In this document: piece after piece, positions 6,851 through 15,151 of the stretch | Position numbering within the stretch: position 1 is the stretch's first letter | Layout of the letters: every line of letters begins with the position of its first letter | IMG/VR virus record: IMGVR_UViG_3300032236_000803 | Coordinates: 1-64,000 of that record | Strand: one strand, 5' to 3' | DNA: 64,000 bases | DNA from: a virus | The notes under the pieces: model-generated | Databases searched by the model: none | Seen by the model: only the letters and a program-made list of their open reading frames with translations | Told to the model about the DNA's origin: nothing | Made by a program: the position numbers and the translations under genes

Positions 6851-6879
6851 ATCTTATCGTAGTCTGTACAGAAAGTAAA
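6851..6879 (-). promoter_or_regulatory. sigma70-type promoter driving the RNA array and DUF2828 operon
   Basis: TTTACT-17 nt-TAAGAT, about 20 nt upstream of copy 7, with an A-tract upstream. Confidence 0.65.
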
Positions 6880-6886
6880 GCTTTTT

Positions 6887-7231
6887 TTAAAAAATTATGT
6901 AAATATACACAAAATAATGAGCAAGTTGATCTAAACCTACCAACAACCAAAAAAGTTGGGATTCTGGACCAATGTTCAATAATTTGTTCGTGTTTGTTTT
7001 AGCATAATCAATAAAATAATGACTAACACCATCAAATAAAGCAAATTCAACCGCTTCATTTATACCATAATATGATAGAATAGAATACGTAGCAATTCCA
7101 TGCAATCCAGAATGGAGTAAACCACCTGGATGCATGAGAGTTCCTTTATTTCGCCACTGATATTCTGTTTGGAGTACAAAATCAATTATGAAATGTTTGA
7201 TGAAAAACAATATTAAGATATTCACTAACAT
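6887..7231 (-). CDS. DUF3307-like membrane protein
   Basis: KHFIIDFVLQ, LHSGLHG, HYFIDY and GLDQLAH motifs. Confidence 0.8.
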   Translation of the reverse strand: MLVNILILFFIKHFIIDFVLQTEYQWRNKGTLMHPGGLLHSGLHGIATYSILSYYGINEAVEFALFDGVSHYFIDYAKTNTNKLLNIGPESQLFWLLVGLDQLAHYFVYIYIIF

Positions 7232-8619
7232 TATCTAACTCCGGTTCTACCTATTCTCATAGCATATTCTTCTGCTAATGATTTACCACTTTTACCACCA
7301 TCATAATTGAACATTTTAGCAAATCCCATTTTATGTAACATTGGTAATTGTTTTTCTAATCTCTGACCAATGTCAGTCCTGTATTGAGGAGAATTAGCTA
7401 CTTGAACTTCTTTAATGACTTCATATGCTTTATCAGCAGCTTCCTTAACTGTATCACCAATGCCAGTAGTAGTCAACAAATAATTTCCAGCGGTGACATA
7501 ACCTTCAAACTTTTTAATTTTTCCATTTTCAAGTTTGATATTTTCACCAGACATGATTTCAGAAAAATGTAAATCGTCTTTGTTTTTTACTTTAGAAATA
7601 TCTAAAGGATATCCATATTCTGATTCGTCTTCTGGTTTTTTAGGGAAAGATCCATTAGATAAAACAACACCAGTACAAATTTTGTTCTCAAGAACAGTCA
7701 TGGAATCTTTGCCATGAACAAGATCATACATCCACTTAGCTGTATCACCAGTATGTAATGCTTGCTGAATCTGAATCAACGGATAACCGAATCTTGAAGT
7801 GAATTCAAGAGGATAAGGTGTTCCAGTCTTTTCGTCAATAATGCAAGCAACGTCAACATATCCGCAATACTTAACTTCTTCAAGGTAAGGAATCAATGGT
7901 TTTAACAGCATATCAGCTAATTTGGACTTTTTAGTATATCCAATAACCGTTCCTTGTTCGCCAGTGTTTACACCAAGATCGCCATTAAGATATTTCTTAA
8001 ATTCAAAATTTTCAAGATAATATTGATTAAAACCATGGGGACCAAAGAATCCGCCAACAGCCATTTCAATACCAGGTTTGAATTCTTGTAAAATATAAGA
8101 TTGTTTCTTTCCCATCTCCTTCCATTTCATTAACATGAAAATCATGTCTTCTGGAGACTTAGAAACATACGATAAAGATTTATCTGTTTCGTTACCGCAA
8201 GGTTTAGAAACCCATCTCTTTGGATTCTTTTCTATGAACTTGATACCTTCTTCATAGGTGTTAAATGGACCTTCGTATGGCATAGTTTTGATACCATACT
8301 CATCAAATAAATCCTGTCCATAGTTACGATCAAGTTCAGACTTGGCTAATTCTGTATCCATACCAAAGATTGGATAACCACCAGTCTTGTACTTTTTAAG
8401 TTCTTTCATAAGAACAATGTTATCTGATACAACGATCAGATCAGCCCAATCCATGTACTTTTTATAATCATTAACTTTATCAACTAATCCATCACCAATA
8501 GGACTTTGTTTTCCTTCCACTTTGATTGGAATGTAGTATTTAACATCATGTTTATATTTTTTGAAGTTTAATGCTAAATCCAAAGCCAATCCTTCGGAAT
8601 CTATTAGGAGAATTTTCAT
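7231..8619 (-). CDS. PurD (GARS)-like ATP-grasp ligase, phage type
   Basis: ELDRNYGQ, WVSKP, ILQEF..GIEM, GDLGVNTGEQG, LEFTSRFGYP and YRTDIG motifs; lacks the PurD N-terminal GxGGREH. Confidence 0.75.
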   Translation of the reverse strand: MKILLIDSEGLALDLALNFKKYKHDVKYYIPIKVEGKQSPIGDGLVDKVNDYKKYMDWADLIVVSDNIVLMKELKKYKTGGYPIFGMDTELAKSELDRNYGQDLFDEYGIKTMPYEGPFNTYEEGIKFIEKNPKRWVSKPCGNETDKSLSYVSKSPEDMIFMLMKWKEMGKKQSYILQEFKPGIEMAVGGFFGPHGFNQYYLENFEFKKYLNGDLGVNTGEQGTVIGYTKKSKLADMLLKPLIPYLEEVKYCGYVDVACIIDEKTGTPYPLEFTSRFGYPLIQIQQALHTGDTAKWMYDLVHGKDSMTVLENKICTGVVLSNGSFPKKPEDESEYGYPLDISKVKNKDDLHFSEIMSGENIKLENGKIKKFEGYVTAGNYLLTTTGIGDTVKEAADKAYEVIKEVQVANSPQYRTDIGQRLEKQLPMLHKMGFAKMFNYDGGKSGKSLAEEYAMRIGRTGVR

Positions 8620-8630
8620 TGATAATCGCT

Positions 8631-9311
8631 CTAAATTATAGTATTTATTTTTATTGATTTTTTAATCTTTTTGAATTTATGTTTTAATTTCTTTTGATAT
8701 TTTTCAATTTCATAATCAGATACAAAATTATTTTTTACATATTTACCGCTGGAAGTTGACAAATATGCATTAATTTCATCAATAATGATTGAATCATCGT
8801 TTGAATATCCCATATTTACAAGATTCGCTTTAAATTCATCATACAGATACAGAGGCATATGTGAAATATGATAATCAACTTTATCTCTGTATTTTTCATC
8901 CAGATAATATTTTGCATGACAAAGTTCATGTTCAAAATCTGATTTTCGTCCTTTCAAAGCCGATATCAGATAAAAAGGTTTTGCCAAATCAACCAACTTA
9001 TCTATTCTATCAAATAATTCAGATTCTGATTGCGTAAATTCATTATAAAATAAGTTAAAAAATTCGTAAATAGATTCTCCAGGTATATTGTATGCGTCCC
9101 AAAAAGAGAAATATTTAATTTTCCCTTTAGGATTCATATAATGATACAGAAAATTATCTATAGAAAATTTCTGACCTCTGATCTCGGAAAAAGGAGATTC
9201 ATAAAATTCTGACATTCTAAATAACGTTATAGATTGTTCCCTGAACGTATCAAATGTTAGGGAAATTATGTTTGAATCTATTAAATCTAATTTATAATTC
9301 GGAGTAATCAT
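8631..9311 (-). CDS. hypothetical protein with HExxH motif (zincin-like)
   Basis: FEHELCHAKY followed by DEINAY. Confidence 0.6.
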   Translation of the reverse strand: MITPNYKLDLIDSNIISLTFDTFREQSITLFRMSEFYESPFSEIRGQKFSIDNFLYHYMNPKGKIKYFSFWDAYNIPGESIYEFFNLFYNEFTQSESELFDRIDKLVDLAKPFYLISALKGRKSDFEHELCHAKYYLDEKYRDKVDYHISHMPLYLYDEFKANLVNMGYSNDDSIIIDEINAYLSTSSGKYVKNNFVSDYEIEKYQKKLKHKFKKIKKSIKINTII

Positions 9312-9501
9312 GTTGAATATTTACCAAGTAGAATTCGTTAATAATACAGAATCGAATAATATAGAAACAATCGTTAAATTTTACGTTACTGATGACTTTG
9401 GACGAATCATTAATAACATTAAAAATGATAAATCTTTAGAAAGTTTTACTATTTCTAATGTACATAATGTAAGTAATACTTCAGAAGTTATTCTTTTATA
9501 A
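9310..9501 (+). CDS. small hypothetical protein
   Basis: GGAG SD upstream of the ATG; divergent overlap with its neighbour, so uncertain. Confidence 0.35.
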   Translation: MLNIYQVEFVNNTESNNIETIVKFYVTDDFGRIINNIKNDKSLESFTISNVHNVSNTSEVILL

Positions 9502-9537
9502 TTAGTAATTAAATTATCATCAACAGGCTACATACTC

Positions 9538-9608
9538 ATTGTCTCGTTTGCTGAAACAAAAGTCAAGTATTTTTTTTACTTGACTAATTTTACGGAATAC
9601 GATATATT
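9538..9608. promoter_or_regulatory. back-to-back sigma70-type promoters
   Basis: Minus strand: TTGACT-17-GACAAT (9566-9538). Plus strand: TTGACT-17-TATATT (9580-9608). Located at the switch in gene orientation. Confidence 0.65.
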
Positions 9609-9635
9609 TAATTTTTATAGTAAATTAGGTGATTT

Positions 9636-9809
9636 ATGCAAAAACAATTTAAACCCAAGGTCAATCTTCCTTCTTACGTTAAAGTCAACGCGATGACTTC
9701 TGGAATTCCTGGTTATAAAAAGATCATGCGTAATGCAATTTATGAGTATGAAACGAAGCGCGTTGAAAATCTAAGGAAAACTTATAAAGATTCAGCTAAA
9801 GAAGATTGA
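9636..9809 (+). CDS. small basic hypothetical protein (57 aa; not in the ORF track)
   Basis: AGGTG SD, MQKQFKPKVNLPSYVKV...; directly after a promoter. Confidence 0.6.
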   Translation: MQKQFKPKVNLPSYVKVNAMTSGIPGYKKIMRNAIYEYETKRVENLRKTYKDSAKED

Positions 9810-9848
9810 GATTAGTTCACGACTTTTTTTATTATTTTCTGGTCAAAC

Positions 9849-9876
9849 TTGACTTTTTGAATAAGGTATCTAAGAT
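9849..9876 (+). promoter_or_regulatory. sigma70-type promoter
   Basis: TTGACT-16-TAAGAT upstream of the glycosylase gene. Confidence 0.5.
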
Positions 9877-9933
9877 AGTCTATAATCCTAGATACCGGAT
9901 TCTTTTCACGACTATCATTCGTAATTTTATATC

Positions 9934-10536
9934 ATGAACATTTTTTATCTTGATTCTGACCAAAAAACTTGTGCGCAGATGCACAATTCCAAACATACTG
10001 TTAAGATGATTCTTGAATATGCACAATTACTCTCTACTGCTCATCGTGTTATCGATGGCACTATTATTGAAGGTACTTCTCCATCTGGAAGAAAACGAAC
10101 AACATATATCCTCCCTGATACTCGTGAAGATGTGCTTTATTCTGCTACTCATATCAATCACCCTTCCGCTATTTGGGTAAGACAATCTGCATCAAACTAT
10201 CGTTGGTTGTTTATGTTGTTTTGTGAATTACTGGATGAATACACTTACCGTTACGGTAAACATCATAAATGCGAAGGCCTGATTGGTCATCTAGCTATGT
10301 TACCAAAAAACATTTCGACGCTGTATCAGTTCACAGAGCCAACTCCAGCTATGCCAGTAGAATATATTGTCAAAAACGATTCTATTGCGTCGTATAGAAA
10401 TTATTATCTTCAGGCAAAAACTCATCTGGCTAATTGGAAAGGTAAAGTTAATAACAGAGAAGTTCCTCTTTGGTATAGACAAAGGGCTTTGGATCTTATG
10501 GTAGAAGACGCTCAGAAATTAGAATTGGAGTATTAA
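9934..10536 (+). CDS. pyrimidine-dimer DNA glycosylase / endonuclease V family protein
   Basis: MNIFYLD..KHTVKMILEYAQLLSTAHR..THINHPSAIWVR..EYTYRYGK.H..YRNYY motifs. Confidence 0.8.
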   Translation: MNIFYLDSDQKTCAQMHNSKHTVKMILEYAQLLSTAHRVIDGTIIEGTSPSGRKRTTYILPDTREDVLYSATHINHPSAIWVRQSASNYRWLFMLFCELLDEYTYRYGKHHKCEGLIGHLAMLPKNISTLYQFTEPTPAMPVEYIVKNDSIASYRNYYLQAKTHLANWKGKVNNREVPLWYRQRALDLMVEDAQKLELEY

Positions 10537-10658
10537 TGAAAAAGGCAATAATTAATATATTAACGAGTTTAATAATAACGATTCTTTCTGAAATTGTTCT
10601 TGATCATTTTTTTCGAAAGCCAAAGGCGCAACTTAAATTATCCAATTTAAATAAGTAA
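10536..10658 (+). CDS. possible small membrane peptide (40 aa)
   Basis: GGAG SD and TAATG coupling; MKKAIINILTSLIITILSEIVL is hydrophobic. Confidence 0.35.
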   Translation: MKKAIINILTSLIITILSEIVLDHFFRKPKAQLKLSNLNK

Positions 10659-10683
10659 TAGATAACAATTTGAGGATTTATAA

Positions 10684-10929
10684 ATGCCGCTTTATGATAT
10701 TAAAAATAAAGAAACTGGTGAAATTGAAGAAAAGTTCATGAGCATTTCTGATTATGAACAATACAAGAAAGACAACCCAGATCATGAACAAGTTTTTACC
10801 ACATTTAATTTCCAAGATTCTGTTTCTTTGGGAATTACAAAACCCCCTCTTGCTTTTACCGAAGGAGTCTTGGATAGGATCAAGAGGGCAAATCCTGGTC
10901 ACAATATGAAGAGTCGCTGGGATAAATGA
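10684..10929 (+). CDS. FmdB-like small protein of T4-like phages
   Basis: MPLYDIKNKETGE N-terminus; usual position before phoH. Confidence 0.7.
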   Translation: MPLYDIKNKETGEIEEKFMSISDYEQYKKDNPDHEQVFTTFNFQDSVSLGITKPPLAFTEGVLDRIKRANPGHNMKSRWDK

Positions 10930-10967
10930 TTATGCTATTAATTGAAGAATTTTATTAAACTTCAACC

Positions 10968-11002
10968 AAGGGGAATGGAAGGAATTCTATTCCCCTTTTT
11001 TT
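10968..11002 (+). terminator. rho-independent terminator
   Basis: AAGGGGAATGGAA-GGAA-TTCTATTCCCCTT followed by a T run. Confidence 0.8.
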
Positions 11003-11017
11003 CAATATAAGGATTAT

Positions 11018-11782
11018 ATGGCTAAAACTAAAAGGTTAGGATCAAAATTTTTAAAAGGTCAAGAAATAGATAATATGGAAAATGTAGCATCTTTTAAAAA
11101 ACAAAAAAGAAAACCACAAAATACAATAGGAGAGATTAATATAAAAGAAATTCACCCGTTAACAGAAAACCAAAGAAAAGTATTTTCAGCATATGATGAC
11201 GGGAAGAATATTTTATCGATTGGTTCTGCTGGAACTGGTAAATCGTTTTTATTCTTTTATTTAACTCTTTTTGATTTACTTTTTAGTAATAGATATAGTA
11301 AGATTATAATTTTCAGATCAGCTGTTCCTACGAGGAACATTGGTTTCTTACCAGGTAATGAAGATGAAAAAATGTCTGCATATACTTTAGCATATAAAGG
11401 TATTTGTTCTGAATTACTTGAAAGAGGAGATGGATTCGAACTCCTCAAGAAAAAAGATATGATTGAATTTCAATCAACCAGTTTTGTTAGAGGAACAACC
11501 TTTGATAACTGTCTAATTATTGTTGAAGAAATTCAAGACATGAATTTACACGAAATATCTACTCTTATAACCAGATGCGGTAAAAATACTAGAATCTTTT
11601 TGTGCGGAGATATCAAACAAACCGACCTAGATCCAAGAAGGGAAGTTAGCGGTATTCAAGATTTTATTAGAATCGCTGATAATATGGATTCTTTTGAAAT
11701 TGTTGAGTTTGGTATTGAAGATATTGTTAGATCGGGACTGGTTCGTGAATACTTAGTCGCTAAAGAAAACTTAGGGTTATAA
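11018..11782 (+). CDS. phoH: PhoH-family ATPase
   Basis: Walker A GSAGTGKS, IGFLPG, RGTTF, ITRCG and GDIKQTD motifs. Confidence 0.95.
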   Translation: MAKTKRLGSKFLKGQEIDNMENVASFKKQKRKPQNTIGEINIKEIHPLTENQRKVFSAYDDGKNILSIGSAGTGKSFLFFYLTLFDLLFSNRYSKIIIFRSAVPTRNIGFLPGNEDEKMSAYTLAYKGICSELLERGDGFELLKKKDMIEFQSTSFVRGTTFDNCLIIVEEIQDMNLHEISTLITRCGKNTRIFLCGDIKQTDLDPRREVSGIQDFIRIADNMDSFEIVEFGIEDIVRSGLVREYLVAKENLGL

Positions 11783-12438
11783 TGGAAATAGAAGAAAGTA
11801 CGGTGGATGAGTTTTATTACTTTCCAACATTAATATACAGAACATATGTTCCCAGATTTTTGGATTCTGTAAAATTAGTTTCTGAAGAATATGTTAACAT
11901 TGTTAAAAATGAAGTTGAGTTAGATGAGATTTATCCATCGTACATGTCTTCATCTTTTCAAAATGATGAGCGTATAAGTGATTTTAGCTCATATGTCATA
12001 CAGCTTGCTTGGAATGTCTTAGATAGTCAAGGATATGACGTTTCTAATTCTACAACATTATATGAATCAATGTGGTTACAAGAACACCATAAACATTCTT
12101 TAATGGAACAACATTCCCACGGAAACGGCGCTCAAATAGTAGGGTTTTATTTTTTAGAAACGCCTGAAAATTGTTCTAAAGTAATTTTTCATGATCCAAG
12201 ACCTGCTAAAGTTCAAATAAATCTTCCAGAAAAAGATTATAGTGATGCAACTACTGCTAGCCAGATGATAAATTTTGAACCAAGACCAGGTGATTTGTTT
12301 TTTACAAACGCTTGGTTAAATCATTCATTCAGTAGACACGCTTCAGAAAAACCATTAAAATTCGTTCATTTTAATATATACGTTGCTGCATTGCCTAATT
12401 ATAGCCAAGAACAGGATCATGACGTTGAAGTGGTATGA
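11782..12438 (+). CDS. 2OG-Fe(II) oxygenase superfamily protein (TIGR02466-like)
   Basis: FPTLIY, HSHG, FHDPRP, PGDLFFTNAWLNH motifs. Confidence 0.8.
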   Translation: MEIEESTVDEFYYFPTLIYRTYVPRFLDSVKLVSEEYVNIVKNEVELDEIYPSYMSSSFQNDERISDFSSYVIQLAWNVLDSQGYDVSNSTTLYESMWLQEHHKHSLMEQHSHGNGAQIVGFYFLETPENCSKVIFHDPRPAKVQINLPEKDYSDATTASQMINFEPRPGDLFFTNAWLNHSFSRHASEKPLKFVHFNIYVAALPNYSQEQDHDVEVV

Positions 12439-12671
12439 AAAAATATAGGATAAGATTTAATAAAACTAGGGGACAAGCTGGAAGAGGGACGTTAGAGCAT
12501 GTCTGGAGAGTTTTTGATGATAAAAAGGAATATATAGTAAAACACGTTGAAATAAATGTCTCTTCATTTGGCGAACAAGAAGGCGAAGATTGGAATATTG
12601 CGTGTTATGGTGCGTTACGAATAGATAAAGAAAACTCTACAGCTATTATTGATAAAGAAGATGCAATTTAA
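12435..12671 (+). CDS. hypothetical protein (78 aa)
   Basis: Coupled ORF. Confidence 0.65.
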   Translation: MKKYRIRFNKTRGQAGRGTLEHVWRVFDDKKEYIVKHVEINVSSFGEQEGEDWNIACYGALRIDKENSTAIIDKEDAI

Positions 12672-13320
12672 TCATTGTCCTCCTGTAACGTTACGAGAAC
12701 TCACTACAGAGTCAATTAACGGTAAACGACATTATGTAACTGATAAGGGAAAATATGTTTCTATAACGACTATGCTTGGTGAATTCAAGAAAAAGTCAAT
12801 ATGGGAATGGAGACAACGAGTAGGTAATGAAGAAGCAAATAGAATTTCATCAACTGCTTCGTCAAGAGGTACAAAAGTACATACTCTGTGTGAAACTTAT
12901 CTCAATAATAAAGAAGTAACTACCAAATCCGCTTTTCCAGACGCAATAGCTGCTTTCTTTTCTATAAAACACATTCTACATAACATAAACAACATACATT
13001 TTTTAGAATGCGCTTTATATTCAAATCAATTGATGGTTGCTGGAAGGTGTGATTGTATTGGTGAATATGATGGCGTTTTATCAGTAATAGATTTTAAAAC
13101 ATCATTAAGAGAAAAAGAGGAAGAATGGATTGAAGATTATTTTATTCAAGCAACGTTTTATGCTGCTGCATATTATGAATTGACTGGAATAAAAATTTCT
13201 CAAGTTGTTATTATCATTGCTGTTGATGATGGAAATCCTCAAGTATTTGTTAAACAAACGAAAGATTATATTAAACCTTTGATTTCTAAGGTAAATTATT
13301 ATAGGGAAAATTATGCGTAA
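12661..13320 (+). CDS. PD-(D/E)XK exonuclease of T4-like phages
   Basis: SITTML, RGTKVH, AGRCDCI, VIDFKTS and YFIQATFY motifs. Confidence 0.85.
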   Translation: MQFNHCPPVTLRELTTESINGKRHYVTDKGKYVSITTMLGEFKKKSIWEWRQRVGNEEANRISSTASSRGTKVHTLCETYLNNKEVTTKSAFPDAIAAFFSIKHILHNINNIHFLECALYSNQLMVAGRCDCIGEYDGVLSVIDFKTSLREKEEEWIEDYFIQATFYAAAYYELTGIKISQVVIIIAVDDGNPQVFVKQTKDYIKPLISKVNYYRENYA

Positions 13321-13762
13321 ATTATTTTTATTGTTTATTCTTTCGGTAAATGTGTATTCATTTGAATTACCGAATAAAGAAGTAACTTCAGGCGATTATG
13401 ATACATTATTAGATAAGAAAACTCTTTGCGTACCAAACTACACATCAGGTAAAGATGAAGATGGAAATAATGTCCGCCATGTACCTCAGAAAATTAAGAA
13501 TATTGTTTTCCAAGAATATGGAATTCTTAAAGAAGACAGATCGAATTATGTTATTGATCATTTAGTCAATCTTTCTAATGGTGGATTGAATAATTTATAT
13601 AATCTATGGCCACAACCAAAAGAAGAAGGTCATAAGAAAGATAGATTAGAAAATAAACTACATAAAATGGTTTGTAATGGCGAGATATCTTTGAAAGAAG
13701 CTCAAGAAGCTATTAAGGATAATTGGGTTGTTGCTTATTCCAAATATGTAGAAGAAGAATAA
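13313..13762 (+). CDS. HNH-like nuclease with a putative signal peptide
   Basis: N-terminal MRKLFLLFILSV; YVIDHLVNLSNGG..NLWPQ..KDRLEN..VCNG. Confidence 0.65.
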   Translation: MRKLFLLFILSVNVYSFELPNKEVTSGDYDTLLDKKTLCVPNYTSGKDEDGNNVRHVPQKIKNIVFQEYGILKEDRSNYVIDHLVNLSNGGLNNLYNLWPQPKEEGHKKDRLENKLHKMVCNGEISLKEAQEAIKDNWVVAYSKYVEEE

Positions 13763-13765
13763 TTC

Positions 13766-13804
13766 TTTACTTTTGTAATATTAGGATTTAAACTTATATA
13801 AATA
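13766..13804 (+). promoter_or_regulatory. tandem sigma70-type and T4 late promoter
   Basis: TTTACT-17-TAAACT followed by TATAAATA (13797-13804). Confidence 0.6.
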
Positions 13805-13911
13805 GAAAACCGACTTATAAAATAAGTCTATTAGAATACTTTTCAAAGTAAAAGTAATCTTTTCATCAAATAGTAAAGCGTCAATTTGACGCTCCAATAG
13901 GAGAAATAAAG

Positions 13912-14250
13912 ATGAAATTATTATCAATAATTGTTATGTTTTTGGTGCTCAGTTTTTCGGTAGCTGCGGAACAAGTAGGAACCGCTTCTTGGTATGGTGG
14001 AAAATTCCACGGAAGAAAGACGGCATCAGGACAAATCTTTAATACGCATAAATTAACTGCTGCGCATAAAACGCTAAAGCTTGGATCTAAAATTAAAGTT
14101 ACTAATCTACATAATCATAGATCAGTGATTGTATTAATTAACGACCGTGGTCCATTTGTCAGAGGAAGGATTATTGATCTTTCTTATGCTGCCAAAGAAG
14201 CTTTAGATATGGGCGGTACTGCTAAAGTCTCAATAAAGGTGTTAGATTAG
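13912..14250 (+). CDS. RlpA-like lytic transglycosylase (DPBB domain) with signal peptide
   Basis: GTASWYG..FHGRKTASG..TAAHKTL..INDRGPF..RIIDLS. Confidence 0.92.
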   Translation: MKLLSIIVMFLVLSFSVAAEQVGTASWYGGKFHGRKTASGQIFNTHKLTAAHKTLKLGSKIKVTNLHNHRSVIVLINDRGPFVRGRIIDLSYAAKEALDMGGTAKVSIKVLD

Positions 14251-14253
14251 ATT

Positions 14254-14493
14254 ATGAAAAAGAAATTGACAAAACCTAAACTTGAAGAAATGGAAAAGTT
14301 CTCAAGGAATATACTAGAAATAGTTGAACGCGATAAATTGGAATATATTGAAGCGATAACAGAATACTCTGAATCAATCGGATTAGAGATTGATGTTGCC
14401 GCTAGTCTTATAACTCCATATCTAAAAGATAAGATATCTGAAGAAGCAAGAAAGAATAATCTTATTGAGAAAATGCCAGTAATATTGTTTTAA
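14254..14493 (+). CDS. gp33: late-transcription coactivator
   Basis: YIEAI..LKDKISEEARKNNL; 33-59-32 synteny. Confidence 0.85.
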   Translation: MKKKLTKPKLEEMEKFSRNILEIVERDKLEYIEAITEYSESIGLEIDVAASLITPYLKDKISEEARKNNLIEKMPVILF

Positions 14494-14495
14494 TT

Positions 14496-15083
14496 ATGTC
14501 CCCGCTTGACTCTGGAAATATGTACAATTCGTTAAAGTTACATTTTAACGATGATAAGTATGATTATTTTAAATATAACGGAAAAACCAGAATCCGTATG
14601 ATTCCATCGAATCATTTGGAGATTTTTGGTATACTTAATACCAAGTATAAAGAGAATCTACAAAACTTTTATATTTCAAATTTTCTTATTGATTCTAAAG
14701 TTTGGATAGGCGATTTATTATCCGAAGAATGTGACAGTATATACAAAGAATGGAATAAGAAAAGTAATAATTTGACTTATATCTATAAAAACAATATTAT
14801 AGCATTAATGGGTGAAGTATCAGATGTAAATGATCTAATACTCGTTAAAGACGATTATCCTTTATTATTAAAAAGGGTTTTCCAGGAAAAGATTTCTTTA
14901 GAGACTTTGTTAATAACAAACTCAATAATCAAGTTTTTTCCAATTTGGAATAGAGATATCAAGGAAGATATCATTTGGCCTCAATTCAAGAAGAAATGTA
15001 TTAAGTATTTCCCGTTCCTATCATTCGATAAAGATAGGATGACGGAGATTCTTAAAATAGAGGTAAAAAGAGCGTATAAATAG
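14496..15083 (+). CDS. gp59: helicase loader
   Basis: LKLHF...YDYFKYNGK, ISLETL and KYFPFL motifs; synteny. Confidence 0.9.
   Translation: MSPLDSGNMYNSLKLHFNDDKYDYFKYNGKTRIRMIPSNHLEIFGILNTKYKENLQNFYISNFLIDSKVWIGDLLSEECDSIYKEWNKKSNNLTYIYKNNIIALMGEVSDVNDLILVKDDYPLLLKRVFQEKISLETLLITNSIIKFFPIWNRDIKEDIIWPQFKKKCIKYFPFLSFDKDRMTEILKIEVKRAYK
15075..15082 (+). promoter_or_regulatory. T4 late promoter
   Basis: TATAAATA upstream of gene 32. Confidence 0.6.
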
Positions 15084-15151
15084 TAATATATTATGCGTTT
15101 GTGGATAAGTTGTTAAAATTGTAATACGAATGTTAATAAGAGGTAATACGT

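Noticed and set aside
7231-8619. Assigning the symbol purD (auxiliary purine synthesis)
   Set aside because: The N-terminal substrate-binding motif is missing and no other pur genes are present; function left open
9523-9566. Possible eighth RNA motif copy (TTTCAGCAA ... CCTGT on the minus strand)
   Set aside because: No pairing closing stem, and the GCAA motif falls inside a promoter spacer; likely chance or a decayed copy
12661-13320. Cas4 / CRISPR adaptation gene
   Set aside because: Matches the common T4-like PD-(D/E)XK exonuclease next to phoH; lacks the C-terminal Cys cluster and any CRISPR context
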